A DNA stretch of 64,000 nt from NCBI RefSeq assembly GCF_006345805.1, contig NC_042999.1, positions 162,564,001 through 162,628,000 on the forward strand, given 5' to 3'. Each line of letters begins with the position of its first letter. The first letter of the stretch is position 1. Source of the DNA: Octopus sinensis (lineage: Eukaryota). The notes under the pieces were generated by a model. It worked only from the letters and a program-made list of their open reading frames with translations, was not told the origin of the DNA and did not search any database. The position numbers and the translations under genes were made by a program. Below, one piece after another: positions 38,851 to 51,129 of this stretch.

Positions 38851-39009
38851 TTAAATGTCTTGCAAATTGTACTGTTTCCTTTTTATTGTTCCTCATGTGG
38901 TGCCTGCAGATCATGGCACTGAAGCAGAAGAGAGAAAAGTTAACCTTACATATTTATCAAAGTGGTCCCTATAGATATCACCAAAAATTTCACTTGAGAC
39001 AGTTGAAAG

Positions 39010-39221
39010 AAAATTTATTCTGTTCCGTGTTCTCAAATGTGGCCTGTTCCAAAATGCTAAAAATAGCAGCTGCTTTCCCTCACCTCGATGAAGCACTGAC
39101 ACGTCCTGCACTCATGGCTCCCCCAATTGAAAAATGGTGCAATCTTCCCTCACCTGTGCATGCGTCACCTGCGTGCCCTTCCTCTTCTGGTTAGCTCCCC
39201 AGCTGCTGACATCATTCCACA
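39010..39221 (-). mobile_element. Solo or partial LTR of the 35692 family, inverted
   Basis: Reverse complement tgtggaatgatgtcagcagctgggg... aligns with tgtgggaagatgtcagcggctggag... at 35692-35880. Confidence 0.85.
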
Positions 39222-39699
39222 TGCCACCCTGATCTTAAAGATCACCCCCCCTCCTACTCTACGTGTTCCATGTTCTTTATTGTTTCTGTTGGGAAGAAAA
39301 AAAAGAGCTGGGAACTTCAGCCGCTAACTTGTCTAATGCTCAGTGAATGAAACAAAAGAAGGCAGTCCGCAGCAAACAGTTTGATTTTTAGAGGGTTTTT
39401 AGCCCACTAATTTAATATAATGTTCAGTCATTCTTCGATAGCTATTAGAATCAATCCAGTGAGGAACAGCAACTTGTGTGAGATTGTGAAGACTTCATGT
39501 ACCTGAGAAATTTATTCTGATATAGGATGAGAGCATTTATACAGCATGTACATTATCATTCAATAAAACAGAAGGGAATTTGAATAAGGGAATGTTTTCG
39601 TCTTGCCATATTCCATGATTAGTGAAGTGGAGTGAAGAAGATTCAATCACCAAAAGGTTGACTCATAGCTGGAATAGAGATGGAGAACACCATAGCTAG

Positions 39700-39930
39700 T
39701 TGCAGGCAGTATGCACACAGTCCCATGACTTTCGGAAACATTTTTTCACGCTCAGAGTTGCTGAAGCATGGAATAAACTGCCTGCGTCAGTTGTTGACTG
39801 CCATGACACTGCATCCTTTAAGGCCCTCATGCTTTCCGAAATCCGCCGAAACTACACCTGATTATACATACACTTTAGATGAGTTGTAGTGCACCTGAGC
39901 ACTGTACACAATGTTTTTATTATTATTATT
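39700..39930 (+). mobile_element. CR1-type LINE 3' end
   Basis: FRKHFFTLRVAEAWNKLPASVV...SFK, then a short UTR and (ATT)n. Confidence 0.75.
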
Positions 39931-40850
39931 ATATAGAAAGAGAAAGAGAGTGTGACCTGTCCAAGCAGGCCTTTTTATAGCTAGGCAACAAGTGCCATTT
40001 AGTTGCTAGCAATGCGACAGGGGAGATAATTATAGCTGATTGCCATTGAAACCTGATGTCACTGATTCAAATAGATTGCCTACAGATTTCTCTTTAAACA
40101 ATTAAAAGGTTGCTCACAGTTTACTTGTTTCTGATTAGTAGAAAAATAACATGTAGCAAAATAGTGAATCTGTCCATAGCCAAATGGATTTATTACAGAC
40201 ACAATCTGTAACGTTGTTCTACATAGCTTTAGAAAGACTGATCACAGCTGGAATGTCTTTCCTCAATCAAGGTTGACATAGAGTTAAAGAGCATTAGCTG
40301 TCCATATATATTTTTCTTTTCTAAATCTCTGTATTTGTTTTCAAGATATCTTTTCTTAAATTTTGCTGCCATATTCTTCAACCTTAAATCTATTCTAGCT
40401 TAACTAACATTTTCCTACAGCACTTTTACATTATTCTTTACGTAACATACTTCAATATTTTCCTTAAGATTCCTTACATTCTTCACAATAAAGTAATCCC
40501 TTCACATTTTATTATTTAAAAAAAAATTTTTTACGGAATGTAAACTAACACTCTCTTCTTTATTCCATTTTAGCAATCCTCAAGTTTATTTCAAAAGATG
40601 TGTAGCCCATGCAATGATGAAAAGAGACTGTTTGTCATTTAGAATTAAGCACCAAAAGTAAAAGAGTCATGCTTTTATCCTGGAAGATTTTTATACTCCA
40701 TAATAAGATAATTTTGTTTTCCATTTATTTATACTCTTTGCAATAACTTTCTTTACTCTCTTTTATTTCTATTATCTCCGAACATTTCATTATCCTAAAA
40801 TGAGGGTTTATGTCACAAGATGTCATTATGATTCATGCCATTGTGAGGTA

Positions 40851-41229
40851 TACTCTTTTACTTGTTTCAGTCATTTGACTGCAGCCATGCTGGAGCACCG
40901 CCTTTAATCGAGCAACTCGACCCCGGGACTTATTCTTTGTAAGCCCAGTACTTATTCTATCGGTCTCTTTTGCTGAACCGCTAAGTGACGGGGACATAAA
41001 CACACCAGCATCGGTTGTCAAGCAATGCTAGGGGGACAAACACGCATATATGTATATACATATATACGACGGGCTTCTTTCAGTTTCCGTCTACCAAATC
41101 CACTCACAAGGCTTTGGTTGGCCCGAGGCTATAGTAGAAGACACTTGCCCAAGGTGTCACGCAGTGGGACTGAACCCGGAACCATGTGGCTGGTAAACAA
41201 GCTACTTACCACACAGCCACTCCTGCACC
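40851..41229 (-). mobile_element. SINE family 1 copy
   Basis: Reverse complement of 47609-48010. Confidence 0.9.
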
Positions 41230-41345
41230 TATGTATGCATATTTCTTGGATTTATGAAACACAAATTTATCAGAAATTGGTCGTTTGCATCTTTACTCTT
41301 ACTTAAGAATGTTTTCTATTCTACTGGTAACATAACATAACTATC

Positions 41346-41513
41346 AACTATCATTTGTTTAGTATCTGTCAATTGTCTACTACACTGAACTATCATTTGT
41401 TTAGTATCTGTCAATTGTCTATTACACTGAACTATCATTTGTTTAGTATCTGTCAATTGTCTACTACACTGAACTATCATTTGTTTAGTATCTGTCAATT
41501 GTCTACTACACTG
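41346..41513 (+). repeat. Four tandem 42-bp units
   Basis: aactatcatttgtttagtatctgtcaattgtctactacactg x4, one substitution, no spacers. Confidence 0.95.
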
Positions 41514-41544
41514 CCTTTCCTTCTTTGCTCACAAAAACTCTGCT

Positions 41545-41998
41545 TGTGAAGACCTGTTGAGGCAAATGAAATCAAATCAATCAAAAGCAAAATCAAAATC
41601 AAATTCGATGACTGACGTCCATGGGCAGGGTGCAAAGAGCACCATACGAGTGTGATCATTGCCAGAGCAGCCAACTGGCTTCTGTGCCAGTGGCACAAAA
41701 AAGGGTCACCATTCGAGCGTGATCGTTACCAAAGTCGCCTTACTGGCACCTGTGCTGTGTAAAAGGATTCGAGTGAGGTCATTGCCAGTACCGCTTGACT
41801 GGCCCCCGTGCCGGTGGCACATAAAAAGCACCCACTACACTCTCGGAGTGGTTGGCATTAGGAAGGGCATCAAGCTGTAGAAACTCTGCCAAATCAAGAT
41901 TGGAGCCTGGTGCAACCATCTGGTTCATCAGCCCTCAGTCAAAATCGTCCAACCCATGCTAGCATGGAAAGCGGTCATTAAACGATGATGATGATGAC
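41545..41998 (+). mobile_element. RTE 3' UTR copy
   Basis: gaagacctgttgaggcaa..., hairpin modules, terminal segment and (GAT)n. Confidence 0.85.
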
Positions 41999-42171
41999 TG
42001 CCTTTGGATTGTTCAAGCATACACAGTCTATTCTACTAAATGTTCTCTACCATATTGATAGCATTCAATTATTTGTGACAGCCAGTCAGTTTTTAAGACC
42101 AATACACTTGTAATCTTCAGTACTATTTACAGTGAGGGATTTTACTTCAACATATTTTCATCTGCTCTTCT

Positions 42172-45100
42172 TGTGGTACTGAGCTGAAGCTGTAATGAAG
42201 GCAGAAGTGGAAGAGTGGGTAGGCCCTGTCGGGAGTCCCTGAGGATGGAAGTGCTGAAGAAAGCACACACAGCAGAGACAGGAAGACGGGAGAGTGCAGC
42301 CGGACAGCATAAAGTCAAGATGTCCGTGTACAACAAAGAGAAGGCAACGACCACATGAGTGGTGAGAGAAAACTCCCTCCAAATCGACAGGTAAGAAAGC
42401 CTCAATTCACCTTTTTCCTAATTTCACCTTCATACCACAAGCTATTTTGGCTCATTGTGTAATGTCAAAAAAAAAATCTGTCCATGGTAAAATATGGCAT
42501 CAAAAATTAGAGTCAACAATGACTTGTTGGGAACATTCTCTGGCCAAGGTAATGTGGTGGCCTGGATAAAGAAGGTGAAGCTGGTAGCAAAATTACAGGG
42601 GATACAGGACGTAGCCAGCCTCCTGCCATTGTATTTAGAAAGTAGAGTGCTGAGCCTTTATCTAGAGATGACAGAAGACAATCAACAAAAGATCAAAAAG
42701 ATCAAGGAATGGCTGAAAGTCGCTTACACAGGAGGGAGCCTTTAAGGTGTATAGTAAGCTCGGAAGTGTTAGGTGAACTGGAGAACAGGTCGGTGACTAC
42801 ACAAGTGAGATTAGGAGATTGGTGGCTTTAGCAGGGATTTCCAGTGAGTCAATGGAGAGTGTTGTGAGGTTGGCCTTTGTGACTGGATTTCCCAGTCACA
42901 TCTCAATAAGTTTGCAGCAGCTACTGAGTATCCACACCATGCTGGTGAGTGAGTTGATAGAGCTAGCTCATGGCTTGACTCAGAACAACACACGCGATGA
43001 AGTTTGTACAATGACAGAGATGAAAACAATGAAGAGGCGAACGGAAACTGGAAGAAGAATGAGGTGAGGGAAGCTGGACGAATGATGAAGGGACCATGTT
43101 TCAGGTGTTGGGGTCCTCATACAGGCAGACACTGCACAGCACTGAAACTGAAAGTGATGTGCTACCGGTGTGACCAGCCAGGGTACATTGCTAACCAATG
43201 TAAACAGGGAAATGGATGGAGGGGAGCTACTGCACTGGTAACTAGAGATGCACTTTCAGTCACTGTCAACAAAAAATGTTCAGGCGGGGTCGAGAGGGGC
43301 ACGAGCCCTTGTGGATACTGGTTGCACTACAACCTTGGTGACTAGCTGGGGGCAGTAACACACATCTGAGTGCATTGGATGACCAGAAAGTGGGGTGCAG
43401 AGGTGAGAGCGGAATACAATAGATAGTGCAAGGGTCAGCAGTGAAGGTTCAAGCAGTTGTTGTTGATGAAGTGGTGGATGGCCTTAACGTGGTGGTGGAA
43501 TGGACATGATTGTCCGGTTGAGTGATGTAACGGTAGGCGAGCAGTTAGTGGAATTCAGCAACTGATGTGCTGTGTGCTATGAATATGGAGAGGTTGAGGA
43601 AGGCTATGAGAGTGATGGAACACACGTAGAAAGAGGAGATGATGCATGCAACATTGAAAATGAGGACTTCCAGGCCAAGTTCGATGGCACACGATGAATG
43701 GTGGAGTACTTCTGGAAGGGTGAGCCCCCGGTGTTGCAAAATAGGGTGAGCTATTATGAACACACCCTCAAAGGAGGAGCCAGAAATGAATTCAAGAGGG
43801 AGGTGGATCGATGGATAGAGGAGGGTATTTTGAGGCCATGGGAAGGAGAAGAGAAAAATGGTGCATTGCCCTTAATGGTTGTGGTCCAGCCCACAAAGAA
43901 CAAGGTTCAACCAGTACTCGATTTCCATGAACTGAATGAGCATGTGTTATGCCATATGGGTGGTGAGGCAGCAGATGTCTGAGGGGAAACTTTGCGGGTT
44001 TGGAGGCACATGACAGGAGCATCTACAATCATCAACCTGAAGTCAGCCTATCTGCAACTCCATGTGTCCAAGAAACTGTGGAAGTACAAGTTGGTGAGGT
44101 GCAAGGGTAGAACTTACTGCTTGACTCAGTTGGGGTTTGGTTTGAGTTTGACACCATAAGTTATGGTAAAGGTCCTAAGGTGGCCAAGCTGGAGCAAGCA
44201 ACTAATTCATACATTGATGACATCCTTGTAGATGAGAGTGTAGCAATGGCAGAGGAAGTCGTAGCTCATTTGAAGAAGTTTGGGCTGACTGCTAAACCAC
44301 CAGAGGCCATAGAAGGAGGTACTGTGCGGGGCTCAAAACTGAAAGAGATAAGATGGGCAGGCTTGTATTTCACCAAGGAAATGAGATACTGGACCTCAGC
44401 AAAGATATGAGTAGGTGAGAACTCTTTTGGTGTGCAAGCATCATGCAGCTTCAAGAGACATGCCGAAGGAGTAAAGTGGAGCAACAAAGCAGACAACTGT
44501 CACGATGCAAGACATTTTGGAGAGGGTGAGAGCAGAAGATCCAGTGAGGGGCAGCTGGAATGTGCCCAAAGCAAAAAAAAAGGGAGTTGTTTGGTCTGAT
44601 GCAAGTTGCATCACTATAGGAGTCTTCCTGGAAGGGGGTGGGTTGTAGAGGTGGAAGATGCAGCGTGGCTCAGAAAAAATTATGGTTGCAGCCACATCAA
44701 TGTGGCTGAATTGGATGCTGTACTAAAGGGTGTGAACTTGGCACTGAGATGGGGGCTCCATGAATTGGCAATTCGAAAATTTGAACTGACTCAGACACAG
44801 AAAGAGGGTGGGTGGCATCAGTGATCAGCAATCAAAGGAGAGTCTGCACAAAGGGAGACGAGGAAATGTTAGTGAAGCAGTGGTTAGGAATCCTCAGAGA
44901 GCTGGCCACTGAGTTTGACTTGAAACTACAGGTAGTGTTTGTGCCTTCAGAAAAGAATAAGGCAGATGTGCTAACCAGGGTGAAAAAGCCCTGGTTGGTG
45001 GTGGCAGAGGATGTACAGAGGATGTGCAGAGGGTGTGCAGCATGTTGCCTATCAGGTTCAGAGCTGAGGAGGTTGCACAGCATGCACCATATGGCTGCAG

Positions 45101-46252
45101 ACAGGACTCTGTTCCTGGCCAGGGAAGTAGACCCTAATGTTACCAGGAAAGTATTTGGAAAGTGGTGCTGAACTGTGACAGATGCCAGTCCATAGACCCT
45201 GCACCGAGTGTGCAAGAGGCAGGAAGGATTCAGGTTGGAGAAGATTGGAAGAGGTTAGGGATAGATATGACTCATTATCAGGGAAGACAGTACCTCTCAA
45301 TAGTTGACTGTGGGCCAGGACGGATGTCAGTATAGAAGGAAATTAGGACGGAAGCTGTGACTGAAACTGTAGAGGTCCTCAATGTAGTATTCCTGGAGAG
45401 AGGGCCAGTTGATGAGCTGCTGATGGACAACAACACAGTGTTTCACTTGGTGCAGCTGAAAGAAATGCTCAACCAATGGAATACCAGATGCTTCTTCAGA
45501 GCAGCATATAGGCCTGGTGGGATTGTGGAACATCACCATCAAAGCCATGGCTGAGAGTGGTCAGATTTCTCCCATCGAAGCAGTGTTCTGGTGCAATATG
45601 TCGCCAAGGTCAGGACAGGCTGGGGAGACAGTCCCACAAAAGGCTGTGTTTAAATACGAATGGAGACACCTGAGTACGGAACTGCGACCTTCTGGGGAAA
45701 AAGGACAGTCGGCAAGTGTCCAAATTGGGGAAGAAGTGTGGGTGAAACCCCTCGATGTGCGATGTACAACTCAGTGAAGGAAAGGTATCAGTGAATGGAA
45801 TGCTGCATCAGATTTTTGACATCAGGAGGGTCGTGAGCTCCTCCAGTGACGAAAAACAAAATGAGGGAGAGGATGGTATTGCATCCTTGTGATGATCTCA
45901 AAGAGAATGTCATCCACCTAAGTGGCTGGAAGACTATGAAAAGGATGTGGGGGATAGAGATTGTTAGATCAGGGGGGGGGGGCATATGGTATTGAGCTAT
46001 AGCTGTGGTGAAGGAGGAAGTGGGAGAGTGGGTAGGCCCTGTTGGGAGTCCCTGAGGACGGAAGTGCTGAAGAGGGCACGCGCAGCAGAGACAGGAAGAC
46101 AGGAGAGTGCAGCCAAACAGCATGAAATCAAGACGTGCATGTGCGACCAAGAGAAGGAAGTGACCACGTGGGTAGTGAGAGAACATTCCCTCCAAATCGC
46201 CAAGTAAGAAAGCCTCAATTCTCCTTTTTCCTCATTTTGCCTTCATACCACA
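42172..46252 (+). mobile_element. Structurally complete, decayed, compact LTR retrotransposon (LTRs 42172-42439 and 45985-46252)
   Basis: Two 268-bp LTRs ending ccttcataccaca; 5-bp TSD CTTCT/CTTTT; poly-G PPT (45971-45982). Order gag (C-x2-C-x4-H-x4-C), protease LVDTG, RT VQPVLDFHELN / SYIDDILV, RNase H SDAS / HINVAELDAV, integrase HH..C..C / LGIDMTHY / LLMDN. Confidence 0.92.
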
Positions 46253-46862
46253 CTTTTGTTTCACAAAGTTTGGTTGATTACCATTGCTTACAGAAAGCTA
46301 TATTTGTCCTGTCCTACATCTTGTACCACTTACGTTTATACACTTCAGCATTATGTATGACCTTTCCATTCTTTTACTCCTTGTTATTTTATGGGAAACC
46401 AGTTTTTATTTTTCCTGTATGGAACATGTATTTCCATCTATATGAATATGTGTCCTTAAATCTCATCAGAATTGACTTTGCCTTTCATCCTTCTGAGAAA
46501 ATATATACCATTCAAGTCTTGGGTGGGTTGGGGGTGCTCAGTATAATTGACAGTATCCTCCATAATATGTGGACTTATACCTATGTTAGAATTCATTATC
46601 ATTTTTTTTTTCTAGTTGTAATGTTTTTTCTGGATTAACTATAAATGCCACAGCTCCTTTTCATAGCATAGGCATAACACTTTCCTCAACATATATGCCA
46701 CTCCGAATATCTAGTAATTCCGACTTTTTAAGCTAGGTTTTTGTGGTCTTTAAGATGATTCCAAATGTGCCAGATAGCTGTGCTTATGTAAAATAGCAGT
46801 GACAAATGTATAGGGATTGGCAAGTGTAGATCTGTTTATATTTTTTGGTTACTATATATATA

Positions 46863-47262
46863 GGCACAGGCATGATTGTTTGGTAAGAATTGTGCTTCCC
46901 AACCACATGGTTCCAGGTTCAGTCCCACTGTGTGGCACCTTGGACAAATGTCTTCTACTATAGCCTCGGGCTGGCTGAAGCCTTGTGAATGTATTTAGTA
47001 GATGGAAACTAAAACAAGCCCGTCGTATGTGTGTGTGTTTATATCTATGTGTGTGCTTTTATGTATGTGTTTATCCACCACTTGACAATGGTGTCGGTGT
47101 GTTAACACCCTAATAACTTAGCGGTTCAGCAAAAGATACCAATAGAATAAGTACTAGACTTAAACAAAATAAATCCTAAGGTTGATTTGTTCAAGTAAAA
47201 CCTTCAAGGAACTGTCCCATCATGGCCACAGTCATATGACTGATACAAGTAAAAGATAAAAG
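46863..47262 (+). mobile_element. Older, diverged SINE family 1 copy
   Basis: Head ggcacaggcatgattgtttggtaag...ggttcagtccc and tail aagtaaaagataaaag. Confidence 0.8.
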
Positions 47263-47608
47263 ATTGTTAAGTCAAGAATTATGACACCCACTGTGAGAAT
47301 GGACTGGCCAAACTCGTTAAGTAACAGTGTGCTTGACTGAGAGTGAGAAGTCAAAAGAAGTCAAATGCAAGAAGTCAAAAGGTGTCATTCATGAGTTCAT
47401 GGAATCACAGGAAATTGTTGAGAAGTTGTTATAATTCATTGAGGGTTGTTTTGGATTGGTTACAGTTGTTGGCAGAGCATTTGGGAACACATCAATTGGA
47501 GACATTTAGTGTCTACCTTGTTCCTTAGTATTTTATATCATACTGTTATTAGTGCATGACACAAAGTGACATATACAGAAACCATGTTACAAAAAAAGAT
47601 ATATATAT

Positions 47609-48010
47609 GGCGCAGGAGTGGCTGTGTGGTAAGTAGCTTGCTTACCAACCACATGGTTCCGGGTTCAGTCCCACTGCGTGGCACCTTGGGCAAGTGTCTT
47701 CTACTATAGCCTCGGGCCGACCAAAGCCTTGTGAGTGGATTTGGTAGACGGAAACTGAAAGAAGCCTGTCGTATATATGTATATATATATGTGTGTGTGT
47801 GTGTATGTGTTTGTGTGTCTGTGTTTGTCCCTCTAGCATTGTTTGACAACTGATGCTGGTGTGTTTATGTTCCCGTTACTTAGCGGTTCGGCAAAAGAGA
47901 CCGATAGAATAAGTACTGGGCTTACAAAAGAATAAGTCCCGGGGTTGAGTTGCTCGATTAAAGGCGGTGCTCCAGCATGGCCGCAGTCAAAATGACTGAA
48001 ACAAGGAAAA
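47609..48010 (+). mobile_element. tRNA-derived SINE family 1, reference copy
   Basis: A-box-like TGGCTGTGTGG, B-box-like GGTTCAGTCCC, core gcaccttgggcaagtgtc, internal (TA)(TG) microsatellite, and A-rich tail (gagtaaaa-type in other copies). Confidence 0.9.
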
Positions 48011-48525
48011 AGAAAAAGAAAGAATGCATAGGGGTAACAAGTGAGACTGTGACTGAAATGTGTTGGTGTGTATAGATAATAGGTGTATATGTGACGGAAA
48101 TGTGTATGTGTACGCTGTTTAAATATGTTGGTGAATATGGTGTGAGTTTTTTTTTTGTTAATAGGTGATGTTGGTGTGAGGTGGTTTTGAATGTGGGGAT
48201 TGTAGGAATGCATAAGGTGGGTTGTATGTGTAAGTGTGTGTGGAATGGGAAAAAGGGTGTTAAATGAAAAGAGGTTAGTAATTAAGAATGTTGAAAATTG
48301 AAGTCCAGCTCCAGATGAAGACAGGAATCCGGAGGACCTCTGTGCAAGGTCAGTCTGAACACAGAGAGATGTTGAAGAGCACTCAACACATTTACTGAAG
48401 GCTGTCCAAGTTTCCAATTTAGATAATGGAATTTCTTCTATAAGAACAATCATGATTTTATTTCTTTAAGAAATATTGTTTAATTCTATTTGATTATTTA
48501 TTTAACTATTATTGTTATTATTGTT

Positions 48526-48627
48526 GACCTGAGGAGGGACTATAATTTTAAATTGAATTGTTTTCCAATTAAATTTAAATTTAATTGTAATTCAAATTTA
48601 AATTATAGCCATGAAACGTACGTAGTC
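48526..48627 (+). ncRNA. Candidate minimal type I hammerhead ribozyme motif, copy 2
   Basis: GAC-CTGAGGA (48529-48535); long AT-rich stem II (ctataattt / aaattatag); GAAA (48613-48616); palindromic CGTACG; GTA (48622-48624); GTC closing stem I. Confidence 0.6.
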
Positions 48628-48767
48628 TTTTTACTTATTATATATTGTTTATTCATTTTTGTACTTTTTGTGATCTAGTTATATGTTTTAAAATGTAATT
48701 TATTTTTTATTTATGATTGGGTTTATGTCTATCATTGTTTGAATTGCATAATAGTGGTTTTTCTCTA

Positions 48768-48827
<60 letters not shown>

Positions 48828-48901
48828 AATATTAGGGAATAAATCTAAACTTACAGGGAAAAATCAGATTTAGGATTGAATCCAATTTTATAGTAAAATA
48901 T

Positions 48902-49140
48902 TATATTATATTAAATTAGAGACAAAACCACTATTAGGCAAATCAAACAATGAAAAACTTAAGCCAATACATATGATTAATTTATATTATTTAAATATAT
49001 AACAAAATTATTAAAAAAATATAATTAATATATTTTTTAAATAATTTTGTTATATATTTAAATAATATAAATTAATCATATGTATTGGCTTAAGTTTTTC
49101 ATTGTTTGATTTGCCTAATAGTGGTTTTGTCTCTAATTTA

Positions 49141-49147
<7 letters not shown>
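48902..49147. repeat. ~245-bp fold-back made of two inverted copies of the hammerhead-family 3' segment
   Basis: tattatattaaattagagacaaaaccactattaggc... is mirrored by ...gcctaatagtggttttgtctctaatttaatataata. Confidence 0.95.
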
Positions 49148-49179
<32 letters not shown>

Positions 49180-49181
<2 letters not shown>

Positions 49182-49740
49182 TCAGCTCATGAGCTGTGGC
49201 CATGCTTGGGCACTGCCATTTGGTGTTGCTACATTTGAGAATTAACATTTGGTGCATGAGGGAGTTTGACACTGCTGCCCTCATCTGCACCTCCTGCTGC
49301 GAAGTTGGCTCATCTGAGATACTTGACAGTAAGAGCTCCAGCTTTATTTTGAAGACACCTACATCCACCCCATGCAGGTCTCTCAGGACCTTCAGGAGTA
49401 TATTGAAGAGCTGTGGACCTCTGAAGCCCAGGCTATTGCAGTATCTTGTCCTACATCTTGATGACAAATTTGGAGTCCTTGGCACTATTCAGTGGTGCCC
49501 AGTTCTAATAGTCATTGGGACTATTTAGTGGTGCCCAGTTCTCGATGCCAAAGTTAGGGACAAGTCCTTCCAGGATCTTCCAGATGTATATTATGATATA
49601 TCTTTCTTGCAAATTTTCAGCTGAAACCCAATTGAAACAATCTTTTTCTATTGTGTAATTTGCATTTGTGATGAGTGTGTTTAAAAACTGGATCTTTGAT
49701 ATAAACTTAAAAGGAAGTTTTCTCAGAAATCCTCTTCTTT
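49180..49740 (-). mobile_element. CR1/L2-group LINE 3' fragment
   Basis: ERYIIIYIWKILEGLVPNFGI; SLGFRGPQLFNIL...VFKIKL.LLLSSISDEP...RAAVSNSL; ends in (TA)n. Confidence 0.75.
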
Positions 49741-51081
49741 TTAGCATGTCCGAGGTGACATTTATGTCTCCCACCCTTATTTTTTTTCTTAATTTCTTCC
49801 GTTTCCTATGTTAGCGATACAGGACATTAGGATTTCACCCACAAAACATGGTCTCAATATTTTAATTTTCTCCCTCTCCACACCAAATTCTTTTCAAAAT
49901 TTTATTCTTGGTAATCCATGGAGGAAAAACAGTACGAATCTTTAAGAATTTTACCCATCACTTCACCACTTTTAAAAAAGCTACACACTCCCAATGTTTC
50001 ACTTTTAGCTTTTTGGAAAGCAAGGAAGTTTCTTCAGAAATAATGTCATTTACCTGTTGCTTCTAGCGTGTCAGGTTTTCTGGTGGTGGTCTGGTATTTT
50101 TTAAGTCTACTATTTCAGTAGAATTCTACGCATGCAGGGAAACATCAGACAAAAGTGAAAGATTTGGAGATTTTAGCTTTTTGAAAGGTGGGTGAAGTGG
50201 GTGAAGCATTGAGTGCTTCTTTAAGAAAAATTAAACTATAAAAAATATATATACATATATAAATATATATATACATATATAAATATATATGAACGGCAGT
50301 GCATCAGCATGGCCGCAGCTCTGAGCTGAAACCAGAGAAAAAAAAAATACATTTCCCAGATTTGTAATCTCTGTATTTTTCTACATAGATAACAAAAGAA
50401 AATAATATTCAAAAGGTTACAAATTAAGAAATTGCGGTAGGGATAGAGGGAAATTAAAATTTTTAAAACGTGATTTCTGGGCAAAATCGTATTAACCCCC
50501 TTTTATACGATGAAACAATACATGGTTTCTGATCCTTCTTAAGAACAGAAAGCACTTTCATGCAAACTCATGCACACGCACACACACACACACAAACACA
50601 CACTATCTCTCACAAGACAATGATAAAAAGAAATCCAGACAATTTTTTGAAAGTGACATTTTGCCCCCCTTGGAGTGACCAGCTGGATTTGCCATTTCTA
50701 AAAGCAAAGAGTCATTTACTATTGAAAGACTGACCAGCTGCAAAGATGTCAACACACTTTTTCTTCTTTCTCTCCTCCTTCTTCCTTTCCTTCTCTTTTC
50801 CATTGACACTTCTTTCAGATACAAAAGCACACACACACACACATGCACTCTCTCTCACTTTCTCCCCATTCCTCACCCTCTTGTACTATCTTATATCTCT
50901 CTCCACCCCTAAACACTCAATGATACTATAAAAAGAGACAAAATTCCTGAGAAAGTTCAATCTGACGACTCCATTAGAGTGGATGCAAGCACTAATATAT
51001 GATTTATAAAAATATGACATATTAATAAATATCTGCAAATATAAAACCATCCAGATTTCTTAGTACCTCATTTCTTCTAAT

Positions 51082-51125
<44 letters not shown>

Positions 51126-51129
<4 letters not shown>

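Noticed and set aside
41346-41513. Regular 42-bp repeats as a CRISPR array
   Set aside because: The units are contiguous, with no spacers.
47609-47690. tRNA gene
   Set aside because: It has only A/B-box-like head sequence, no full cloverleaf, and continues into a SINE body.
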